Source: Terriglobia bacterium
Lineage (GTDB): Bacteria > Acidobacteriota > Terriglobia > 20CM-2-55-15
Assembly: GCA_965263045.1 (NCBI GenBank)
Contig: CBDHGK010000025.1
Location: forward strand, 14,368 to 78,367
Direction of reading: 5' to 3'
Length of the DNA stretch: 64,000 nucleotides
Shown here piece after piece: positions 1 through 8,800 of the stretch. Numbering within the stretch: position 1 is the first letter of the stretch; each line of letters starts with the position of its first letter. The position numbers were made by a program, and so were the translations under genes. The notes beneath the pieces are model-generated. The model saw only the letters and a program-made list of their open reading frames with translations. It searched no databases and was not told where the DNA came from.

Positions 1-384
1 CCCTACCGTGGACTCGCTGACGCCGGTTGCCCTGGCCATCAAGGACCGGCTCCAGTGCGTGGCGTTCGGAGGCTTCCCTTCGACCGTCTTCTTCACGATC
101 CGGGCCCGCTTCCGGCGGCCGATCGAGGGAATCCGTCCACTGCGGGAAGCGTCCTTTTCGATTCCCCCGAGGCCATCTTCAACGAAACGATCGCGCCAAC
201 GTCCGGCCTTTTGACGAGTGATGTCCAACTTGGCAGCGATCTCCTGATTGTCCAGACCCCCGGCGGCCAGCAAGACAATTCGAGATCGTTCCGCCAACCG
301 GACCGCCACACTGCGGCTTCGGCTCAGTCGCTCCAGTTCCTTCCGCACAGGAATGTCCAATTTAATCGTCGGTGCTCTCCTCAT
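1..384 (-). CDS. IS630-family transposase, 5' part (runs off window)
   Basis: Manual minus-strand translation from ATG at 384: MRRAPTIKLDIPVRKELERLSRSRSVAVRLAERSRIVLLAAGGLDNQEIAAKL...RWRDRFVEDGLGGIEKDASRSGR...ATHWSRSLMARATGVSESTVG, a typical IS630 N-terminal HTH region. Confidence 0.85.
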   Translation of the reverse strand, partial: MRRAPTIKLDIPVRKELERLSRSRSVAVRLAERSRIVLLAAGGLDNQEIAAKLDITRQKAGRWRDRFVEDGLGGIEKDASRSGRIPSIGRRKRARIVKKTVEGKPPNATHWSRSLMARATGVSESTVG

Positions 385-441
385 ATATACTCAGACGTAG
401 GAAAGCTGAATACGTTACATTAACTGTGACGGACTACACTA
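1..441 (-). mobile_element. IS630-family element, left end
   Basis: Transposase start at 384; terminus reads CTAGTGTAGTCCGTCAC on the minus strand at a TA/CTAG site (439-442). Confidence 0.7.
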
Positions 442-714
442 GCGTACCACAAGGACGGCACCACGACGCTAAAGGTCCAATTGAAGTCCCGGGTGGGAAT
501 CCACAAGAAGTACCAAGGCAAGGATCTCTACCTCGCTTTCCCGACCGGTGGCCGTTGGCACCTCCTGCCGCACGACACTCTCGTCCAGATTGCAAAGGAG
601 ACGACCAACTGGCTACAGACGCGTTCGTGGCTGGCTGAGAGCGAGTACAACGCAGGTGAGCCACCTAAGCAAATGCTCAGCCGACTCTCGCAATATTGTC
701 TTGAGGACAAGTAG
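439..714 (+). pseudogene. 3' remnant of a small restriction-endonuclease-like gene truncated by IS630
   Basis: The frame of ORF 481..714 extends upstream as LAYHKDGTTTLKVQLKSR to the IS junction; QxK motif resembles PD-(D/E)XK nucleases. Confidence 0.5.
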
Positions 715-722
715 CAGGTGTT

Positions 723-1646
723 TTATTCGCTGCTCACGCCGCGAGGCAAACGCTTCCCGAGGCGGCGGATTGCCTTGAGAGCATCCTGGAATGTCGGTGT
801 CTCGTTCTCGTTGCCGTAGCACAGGGAGCGGACGAAGTCTTTGTAGTTGGTCGCGTGCTCGCGATCTGAAAGGATATCGAGCGCAGCAGCAAGGCGCTCG
901 GTGGGGGTCATCTCGAACTGCTCCGGAGTTAGAGTACCTCGCATGGCGTCGGCATTCAGCAATTGACGCAGCAATTCGGAAAAGCCCTCGTGTTCCATTG
1001 CATGGGGTTCAAGAAACGCTACATCATGCACGTGTCGAACCAGTGTGCGGTCCCAACGGGTACTCTGATCGAGAACCCGCCAAGTGAGGGCGCTGATCTT
1101 GTCCGCCGCAGTCTCGGCAGGGGCAACGCAACTGATTTGAGGAACCTCAGGATGTTCCTGCCGCGCTTCGGCGACGAAAGACCGCAGGGAGCGATCCTCT
1201 GGCACAAACTCTGGACGACGCAACGTCACTTCGAGCTTGAGCTCGGACCGCAGAGCAGTAGCAACGTCAAAGGTCGTCGGATAGCGGACGTGGCAACAGA
1301 AGAAGCGGCTCTCGTTCCCTGCCTCCACCCCGTCGTCGGGAAGCGTCCAGGTTCCATCGGCGCGGATCGCCTCGACGACCGTGCTTCGGTAGTTCCGACA
1401 AGCGTTGCGCCCGATACCAGCTTCAGGGAGGAGGACCTTGAAGTCCAGATCCTCGGAAAAGCGCCGGATCAGACCATACCCCTTGGAGAGGCTGGTACCG
1501 CCGGAAAAGACGGGAGTGAGACAGCCATCCTTAATGTTGACGACGGTGGCGATGAGCTGGATCGCGTACCAGTCCTTCTCCACGAACGAGGGATGGACAC
1601 CGAGATCCGTGGCGACTGCCTCGATCAGCTCAGGACCGGGAGGCAC
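723..1646 (-). CDS. AbiEii/AbiGii-family nucleotidyltransferase toxin (type IV TA)
   Basis: VEKDW, FSGGTSLSKGYGLIRRFSEDLDF, ETAADK, RHVHD motifs; likely GTG start at 1646 overlapping the upstream gene (ORF track begins at 1709). Confidence 0.9.
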   Translation of the reverse strand: MPPGPELIEAVATDLGVHPSFVEKDWYAIQLIATVVNIKDGCLTPVFSGGTSLSKGYGLIRRFSEDLDFKVLLPEAGIGRNACRNYRSTVVEAIRADGTWTLPDDGVEAGNESRFFCCHVRYPTTFDVATALRSELKLEVTLRRPEFVPEDRSLRSFVAEARQEHPEVPQISCVAPAETAADKISALTWRVLDQSTRWDRTLVRHVHDVAFLEPHAMEHEGFSELLRQLLNADAMRGTLTPEQFEMTPTERLAAALDILSDREHATNYKDFVRSLCYGNENETPTFQDALKAIRRLGKRLPRGVSSE

Positions 1647-2052
1647 GCTCGAAAACGGCGTAGTTGCCGCCGTAACCAATCTTTCGAGAGAAGCGGCCTT
1701 TGACCGCAATCACGCGACCAGTCGGCACCTGGGTCGTCGCACCCGCGTTGTAAGCCCGAGAGAAGGTCGATGGCGCAGTTTCGACAGCGAGACGCGACAG
1801 GGCCTCGACGGCAAGCACGGGCAGGGGCTTCGCAGGGATGGTCTTGCCGGAAATCGGCGACTGGACCGCACGTGCATAGACGCCGTAGCCGATTCTGACG
1901 AGCTGGCCCTTCGCCGTCAGGCTCCGCAAGCTCCGACCTACCTGATCGTAACCACCCAGATCCTTGAAATCACCGCGCAGGAAGATATTCGTCTTCCTGC
2001 GTGCGACACGCACAGCAATGCGGCGCTCCAGCGTTTTCTTGTCCGCTTTCAT
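1630..2052 (-). CDS. AbiEi-like (DUF6088-type) winged-helix antitoxin
   Basis: FLRGDFKDLGGYDQVGRSLRSLTAKGQLVRIGYGVYAR and TTQVP; directly upstream of and overlapping the toxin; ATG 2052 with GGAG RBS. Confidence 0.8.
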   Translation of the reverse strand: MKADKKTLERRIAVRVARRKTNIFLRGDFKDLGGYDQVGRSLRSLTAKGQLVRIGYGVYARAVQSPISGKTIPAKPLPVLAVEALSRLAVETAPSTFSRAYNAGATTQVPTGRVIAVKGRFSRKIGYGGNYAVFERASRS

Positions 2053-2137
2053 TGGTTCTCCGGATTCTGCAAAAATACGACACTGCAACATTGCAAACAT
2101 ACGACATCATAAGAGTGAACGTCAAACCGCTCCACTA

Positions 2138-2175
2138 AGAGTACCAACCAGATTCGCACAAAAATACACGCTAAG
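2138..2175 (+). repeat. Degenerate 38-bp Tn3-type terminal inverted repeat
   Basis: AGAGTACCAACCAGATTCGCACAAAAATACACGCTAAG; ends in ACGCTAAG like the intact Tn3 IR at 24269; similar copy at 5124-5161. Confidence 0.55.
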
Positions 2176-2522
2176 GGCACGGCTTCCATGCTACTAAACT
2201 CTTCGGTCAGAACGTCCGTTTGTTCCTGACAGAACCCTGACGGTCTCCGATCCCGGCGTCTCGACAACGCATCCTTCGGCATGGCTTCTCCTACTACTTA
2301 AATCAGGTCCGGACAGCAGCCCGAAGATTGGCCGTCCGGGTTTTCGATAGGATGGTCGCGGGGTTCAACGCCTTTTTGCTGAGCGAGCGGATCGGTCGCG
2401 GGAACAGGAGCCGTAGCGCGGGGGACCGGAACGGGATTATGGACCCTCGCGGTAAGATGTCCCCCGCCCCACGATTTCTTTGGACAGTGATTTGAGAAAC
2501 TACAACGCAGGAGGATCACGAT

Positions 2523-2912
2523 ATGTCCAGAGAAACGAAGGAGGAATCCGGAATCGCGAAGGGAGCCCGTAGGGCGACCGAAGCGGGGCCGGATGTTCGA
2601 AGCCGCGGGAAGGGCCGGTGGTCGGCTCGGCGTAAGGTCACGGTAGTGCTGGAGTTGTTGCGTGGAGAAGATCTTGAAGCGATGAGCCGGCAGTATGGCG
2701 TGACGGCGGCGGCGCTGACCCGTTGGCGGGAGGCGTTCCTGCAGGGAGGCGAGGACGGCCTGAAGAGCCGGATCGTGGATGTGGTTGACGAAGAGAGGAA
2801 GACGCTGAAGTCAGCGGTGACCAGTCTGGTGATGGACAAGGAACTGTTGCGGGAACGGATCCGACATCTGGAGGACGAGAAGCCTTTTCTACGGTGGAGG
2901 TCGAAGCGATGA
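2523..2912 (+). CDS. IS3-family transposase OrfA (HTH)
   Basis: RWSARRKVTVVLELLRGEDLEAMSRQYGVTAAALTRWREAFL HTH plus C-terminal coiled segment. Confidence 0.85.
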   Translation: MSRETKEESGIAKGARRATEAGPDVRSRGKGRWSARRKVTVVLELLRGEDLEAMSRQYGVTAAALTRWREAFLQGGEDGLKSRIVDVVDEERKTLKSAVTSLVMDKELLRERIRHLEDEKPFLRWRSKR

Positions 2913-3799
2913 GCCGGACCCTGTCGCCCTCCACACACCAACTGTATGGTCTGGCCCGTGTCGCAGCGGCCTGGGGGTTGCCCCGGTCGACGTACGATGC
3001 TCGACGGGATCGACGGAACCATCCGGGCGAGCCGCGTAAACGGGGGCCCAAGACACCGTTTACCGACGCGGAGTTGACCGGACGGACTCGGCAAGAAATT
3101 GCGGCCTCGCCGTTTACTGGGGAAGGACACCGGAAATTCTGGGCGCGGCTCCGGGTCGCCGGCGTCCGCACCTCCAAGGCTCGGGTCTTGCGCCTGATGC
3201 GGGAAGCTCAACTTCTGGCGCCCCAACGCCAGGCCGCACCCGTTGCGCGCAAGGCGCATACCGGAACCATCACCACCGATCGCCCAAACCAGATGTGGGG
3301 CATCGATGCCACCGCCACGGTGACCCTCGACGATGGTGCGGTCACTGTATTCGCCGCCATCGATCACTGCACGGCCGATTGTGTCGGCATTCACGCCGCC
3401 AAACGGGCGACGCGTTTTGAAGCCCTCGATCCCATCCGGCAAGGCCTCAAAGAGTACTTCGCCGGCTTTCACGCCGACGCGGCCGCCGGGCTTCGACTCC
3501 GTCATGATCGTGGGTCCCAATTCATGAGCGACGATTTTCAAAACGAGATCCGATTCCTTGGCATCGTCTCCTCACCGGCGTTTGTCCGGGAACCGGAAGG
3601 CAATGGCTGTATCGAACGCTTCTTCAAGACCCTGAAAGCGCAGTTGCTCTGGGTGCGTCACTTTCGCTCTATTCCGGAACTGGTTCGAGCTCTTCAGGAC
3701 TTTCGCGCTCTCTATAATCAGCACTGGTTGATCGAGCGCCTCGGCTTTCAATCTCCGACTCAGGCTCGACAACGTCTTGCAATTGAGTCAGCGGCTTGA
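2909..3799 (+). CDS. IS3-family transposase OrfB (rve DDE)
   Basis: WGIDAT, RHDRGSQF, EGNGCIERFFKTLK motifs; ATGA overlap with orfA. Confidence 0.9.
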   Translation: MSRTLSPSTHQLYGLARVAAAWGLPRSTYDARRDRRNHPGEPRKRGPKTPFTDAELTGRTRQEIAASPFTGEGHRKFWARLRVAGVRTSKARVLRLMREAQLLAPQRQAAPVARKAHTGTITTDRPNQMWGIDATATVTLDDGAVTVFAAIDHCTADCVGIHAAKRATRFEALDPIRQGLKEYFAGFHADAAAGLRLRHDRGSQFMSDDFQNEIRFLGIVSSPAFVREPEGNGCIERFFKTLKAQLLWVRHFRSIPELVRALQDFRALYNQHWLIERLGFQSPTQARQRLAIESAA

Positions 3800-3969
3800 T
3801 TACGGTGGGTTCACTCTGTCCAGGAAATCAGGGGCGGTACAGTGATTGCCACGTGAAGCCCGACGCCACCAGGCTGCGGCTTGTTCGCCTCGGGTCACAT
3901 TCGGAACTCGGGTTTGACTTCCTCGGCAGCCCCCTGTGGTGTTGTCTGAGGATCATGGGAGAATAAAGT

Positions 3970-4141
3970 ATGAAGCGCAAACAAGCTGGGTTGGTTCCGA
4001 TCGGTGGTGCTCTCTCCGAACTGGCCGTCACGTCTCGGACGATCTTCGAAGCTTTGCCCCTGGTGCTGGCCCCACTTCACCCTTGCCGATCAGGTGAACC
4101 AGCTTGTCGGCGCCAGCGAAGCTGAGAGGCCTAGCTCTTGA
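3970..4141 (+). pseudogene. Frameshifted 5' relic of a repA gene
   Basis: MKRKQAGLVPIGGALSEL... then, in another frame, HFTLADQVNQLVGASEA; aligns with the RepA2 N-terminus MERRQGKLLPIGEAFGEL...HYGLVDQVDALVRASE. Confidence 0.7.
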
Positions 4142-5031
4142 CCAACTTCGACGGAATCAACGCAAAGATCAAGCGGGCGGGCGATCAAATAAACTCACTC
4201 AAGGCCGATATGGAGAGGTTTTGCGCAGACATACGAGAGTCAATCGACCATGAGGTCCACGAAGACGTCGACGAACAAGTATGGGTATTTCGTGGCGCGA
4301 CGCCCTATGCCCCTGTCGAGTGGTCCATCAGAATTGGGGAGATTCTCTACAACCTACGATCTGCGCTTGATCACCTTGTCTGGCAAATGGTTCTCGCCAA
4401 CGGACAGACACCGACGCGTAAAAACGCGTTCCCTATCGTTAGGGACGAGAAAGACTGGAAGAAAGAGAAAAGCAAACTCAAGGGCGTGACGTCAAGAGTC
4501 GAGGAGATGGTCCACCGTTTGCAACCATATACCGGAGGCATAAATCTTCCGTTTGACGTTTCGGCGTTCGGGACACTCCATTCTCTCGGCAACATCGACA
4601 AACACAGACACCTAAACTTAACTGCCATCGCTTCCTATGGACCCAATAGAATCTCGGTCAAAGAACGAGACAGCAGTCCGAAGCGTGAAACTGAAATCCG
4701 GTCTCCAGCCAAGACTTCCGATCTCCTCCCGGTTAGCCATATTGGAATGTCTCTCCCTTCCCAGTTCGCCACAGGTCTTGAAGATACGGAGGATATACGC
4801 CTCCGCCCATGGGCGATTGCTCCCATAGGGAAGATCGAGAAAGACAAGGTTCTATTGCATCTCAACAACGCAGCAGAAGGAATTAACCCCTTTTTCCAAC
4901 TAGACTTATGTTTTGAGGATATACGGAGCCTCGGAGTACCCACCTACAAGCTTCTGGACATTCTCGACGAATGCCTTGTAGCCGTTCGAGGGGCATTTGA
5001 GTTACTCACCGAGGGGCGCTGTCGAACATAG
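4138..5031 (+). CDS. Hypothetical protein, possibly HEPN-like
   Basis: 297-aa ORF with YNLRSALDHLVW and LGNIDKHR motifs; less GC-rich than neighbours. Confidence 0.7.
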   Translation: MTNFDGINAKIKRAGDQINSLKADMERFCADIRESIDHEVHEDVDEQVWVFRGATPYAPVEWSIRIGEILYNLRSALDHLVWQMVLANGQTPTRKNAFPIVRDEKDWKKEKSKLKGVTSRVEEMVHRLQPYTGGINLPFDVSAFGTLHSLGNIDKHRHLNLTAIASYGPNRISVKERDSSPKRETEIRSPAKTSDLLPVSHIGMSLPSQFATGLEDTEDIRLRPWAIAPIGKIEKDKVLLHLNNAAEGINPFFQLDLCFEDIRSLGVPTYKLLDILDECLVAVRGAFELLTEGRCRT

Positions 5032-5123
5032 CGAGGGGTGGCCTAATCCCCCGTTGCCGGCGAATTGGCAAATCGCCGCGGGAGAACTAGCGGCTGGGGC
5101 CATAGTCTCGCTCCGGCCCATAG

Positions 5124-5275
5124 AGGGTACTGACAAGATTCGTGTTGAAATACACGCTAAGAGCCGCGCATCTTGAGCTTGGTGGGGTCGAACGGGAAGT
5201 CCGGCGCAGCGGCCAGCCGTGAGATCTCACTGGCCTGCCAGCAGACGATGCAGGCAAGGATCAGGGTCAGAGACC
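5124..5275 (-). mobile_element. Tn3-family remnant: 38-bp IR plus internally deleted tnpA 3' end
   Basis: IR AGGGTACTGACAAGATTCGTGTTGAAATACACGCTAAG (5124-5161); minus strand reads LTLILACIVCWQASEISRLAAAPDFPFDPTKLKMRGS* with the stop inside the IR, as for Tn3 tnpA. Confidence 0.65.
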
Positions 5276-5869
5276 CCGACGTTGCGTCACCGCATCCTTC
5301 GGCATGATTTTTCTGCCCACTCGATCTTCATTCCAGGTCAGATCCGCCCGTTCCCTGCCCGCCTTCCCCACCCTCGCCGTCCGCGGGAGGCAGACCGCGC
5401 ATTTGGCCAAGCCTAATTATCCCGTAGGGCAAATATATCTATGTTTTACAGGCCGGCAGAGTCTCGCTTAAGCTAGACGGGAGCGGGGTGGGGCTGACCC
5501 CGAACGCCGAAGTCCAAGACGCTGTGCCCCTTCACCCGCTTCGACCCAGTGAACGCTCTGGTCGGAGCCCGCGGAGGTACCCCGAAAAGGGACCCCACCA
5601 ACCTGCACTTAAATCGTTCTCAAGGGATCAACACATGCGAAGCGGTACAGCCGACATGAACGACTCGACAAACGACTTGACATCCAGCGCGCGTTTTGAC
5701 GCGGCTATTCTAAGCCGAGCCGAGGCCATGACGGCGCCTCGGTTACGGGAGCGACGCCGCCCGCCATCGCCGCCTGACCGCCGGCCGCCCCGCCGGGGCG
5801 GCTCTCCTTCCTCAAAGACCGCATCCGGCGCTGCTCGCGCTCTTCGGCGGCCTCGCCCTGCCTGCCACG

Positions 5870-8800
5870 GTGCAGGCACAGGACACCACCGCGCCAACGC
5901 TCACAAGTGCGAGCGTTGCGGCCCGTTCCGGAGGTACCACGACCCTTTCGTTCAGCGAGGATTTGGACCTGTCGTTCGTGGCGGCTCTCTCTCCGGCGGC
6001 TCGAGGCGCCTTCTCGCTCACCGTCAACGGCGCCGCGCAAAATATCCATGGTATTAACGGGAACTTTCTTGGTACCAACGCGTTGGATGTCATCCACTCA
6101 ACGATCTACACCGGCCAGACCGTCGTCGTGAGCTACGACCAGTCCGCGGCCGGCACCGATGCCATCGCCGACGCCGCCGGCAACGAGGTCGTCGATTTCA
6201 CCACCGGTTCCGGTGGAGTGCCCGCCGTGACGAACAGTTCCACGCAGGTGGCGCCGCCCTCGACGCTGAGCGCTCTGGTCGTCAACGACGGCACTGTGGA
6301 CCTGACGCTGACGCCGACCTTCGTGTCGGGCACCACCACCTACACGGCGATGGTGGCGAGCACCGTCGCCGAGGTGACGGTGACGGCTATGACGACCACT
6401 TCCGGGGAGTTGATTGAATATCTGGACGGGGACGACGCGACGCTCGCCGACGCAGGCACGGCGGACGGCCACCAGGTGGTGGTGGCGGAGGGCGACAACG
6501 TCATCAAGGTGAAGGTGACGGCATCGAACGGCTTGACGACCAAGACCTACACGGTGACGGTGAACCGGGCCGCGGCCACCGACACCACCGCGCCAACGCT
6601 CACAAGTGCGAGCGTTTTCCGTACCGGAGTGCCCACGACCCTTTGGTTCAGCGAGGATTTGGACCTGCCGAGCGGGACTGTCTCTGCGACGGTTTACGGC
6701 GCCTTCTCGCTCACCGCCGACGGCGTCCAGCAAGAGATCCAAGACCTATTGAGGGGGTTTGGAACGACGGGTGCCCGCTCCTTGATTGTCCACCACCCAA
6801 ATATCTACAGCGGCCAGACCGTCGTCGTGAGCTACGACCAGTCCGCGGCCAGCGCCGATGCCATCGCCGACGCCGCCGGCAACGAGGTCGCCGATTTCAC
6901 CACCGGTTCCGGTGGAGTGCCCGCCGTGGTGAACAATTCCACGCTGCCGGCGCCCTCGACGGACGCGACGCTGAGCCGGCTGACGGTGACCGGCGACAGG
7001 TTTCACCTGGTGACCTTCGTGTCGGGCACCACCACCTACACGGCGATGGTGGCGAGCACCGTCGCCGAGGTGACGGTGACGCCGACGAAGAACAACACCG
7101 GCGCGACGATCGAATATCTGGACGGGAACGACATGACGCTCGCCGACGCAGGCACGGCGGCCGGCCACCAGGTGACGGTGGCGAAGGGCGACAACGTCAT
7201 CAAGGTGAAGGTGACGGCATCGAACGGCTCGACGACCAAGACCTACACGGTGACGGTGAACCGGGCCGCGGCCACCGACACCACCGCGCCCTACGACCCC
7301 AATGCCGGGATCACTATGATCGATACCCATGGCGCTCCGCTCATGGGCGACCCGATCCGGCTGACGATTCGCGAGGGCTACCGGGGGCGCTACGGGTTCA
7401 AGCTCAACACCCGGCCGATAAGCGCGGTGTGGTTGGCGGGGTTCCACCTGTCCATCGACCACGACCCCGACGGCGACCCGGATGTGCTGGTGTTGCCGTC
7501 GACCGAAAACGTAAAGGCGATCCTGCCGGACGAGTGGGAGACCCCGTTCTACGTGCACATCTTTGCGGCGTTCGACGACGATGAGGAGAACGGGGAGCGG
7601 TACTTCTTGAACCGCGTGAACAGCCGCGACCGGAACTATCACGGCCTCATTCTTCCCGATGTCATTGTGGTCGAGGACGACCGCGACGACGACGCGGGGG
7701 CGCTGTCGGTGGCGGACGCGAACGCGACCGAGGGCGAGGACGACACGCTCGACTTCGTGGTGAAGCTCAACCGGAGGCCGTCCCAGGGATTGGGACGGGA
7801 GGTGACGGTCTACTACCGGACCCAGGACGGGACCGCGACGGCGGGGTCCGACTACACGTCGACGAGCGGCACGCTGACCTTCGCGCCGGGCGAGGAGAAG
7901 AAGACGGTGTCGGTGCCGATCATGAACAACACGGTGGAGGACAACGGGGAGACGGAGACGTTCATGCTGATGCTGAGCAACGCCTCCGACGCGGGCTTCG
8001 CGAGCTTCGGCCAGGGGGCGGGCCAGGGGGCGGTGGGCACGATCCGGAACACCGAGCCGCTGACGGCGACGTTCCCGGAGAGTGTCTACGCGTCGGCACA
8101 GCACAAGGGACCCAGCGACCGCCCGCAGGTGGTGGTGGCGTTCAGCGCACCGGTGGCAGCGTTCGGGGCGAAGATGCCATCGGTGTCGGTGACCGGCGCG
8201 ACGGTGGATGTCGTGCAGCGGCTCGACAAGGAGGGACTGGAGAACGCGTACGTGTTCTTCCTCATCCCCGAGGGCCAGCAGGCGATCGTCTTCCAGCTTC
8301 ACGCGAACCGGGCCTGTACCGGCGGCGGCATCTGCAGGGCGGACCGGCGGCGGCTGAGCAACAGCCCCTCGACGACGATCCCCGGTCCGTCGGAGGATTC
8401 GTCACAGGGCGGGGCGGCGGAGCCGCTGACGGCGGCGTTCGAGGGGCTGCCGGAGGCGCACGACGGGGAGAGCGCGTTCACCTTCCGCATCGTGTTCAGC
8501 GAGGCGGTCTCGGTCACGCCCGAGGCCATGCGTACGCGCGTCCTGACGGTGGCGGGCGGCGCCGTGACCGGCGCGGCCCGCGTCGACGGGGAGAGCGGCG
8601 CGTGGGCGGTCTCGGTCACGCCGGACACCCGCGAGGAGCTATCGATCTCTCTGGCCCCGGCGGCGGATTGCGCGGCGGACGGCGCGGTCTGCACAGCGGA
8701 CGGCATAGCCCTGTCGATCGGGGCGGCGGCCATCGTGATCGGCCCGGGTCCCGAGACCCAGACGCAGCCGGACCTGACGGCGGCATTCGAGGGGGTGCCG

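Larger units (their letters stand above)
2458..3841 (+). mobile_element. IS3-family insertion sequence, apparently complete
   Basis: TG...CA ends with imperfect IRs (TGTCCCCCGCCCCACGATTTCTTTGGACAG vs TGTACCGCCCCTGATTTCCTGGACAG); orfA and orfB inside; no obvious target duplication. Confidence 0.85.

Noticed and set aside
5882-7290. Diversity-generating retroelement explaining the variable adhesin loops
   Set aside because: No reverse transcriptase or template repeat in the window; the differences include indels and are not evidently adenine-restricted.
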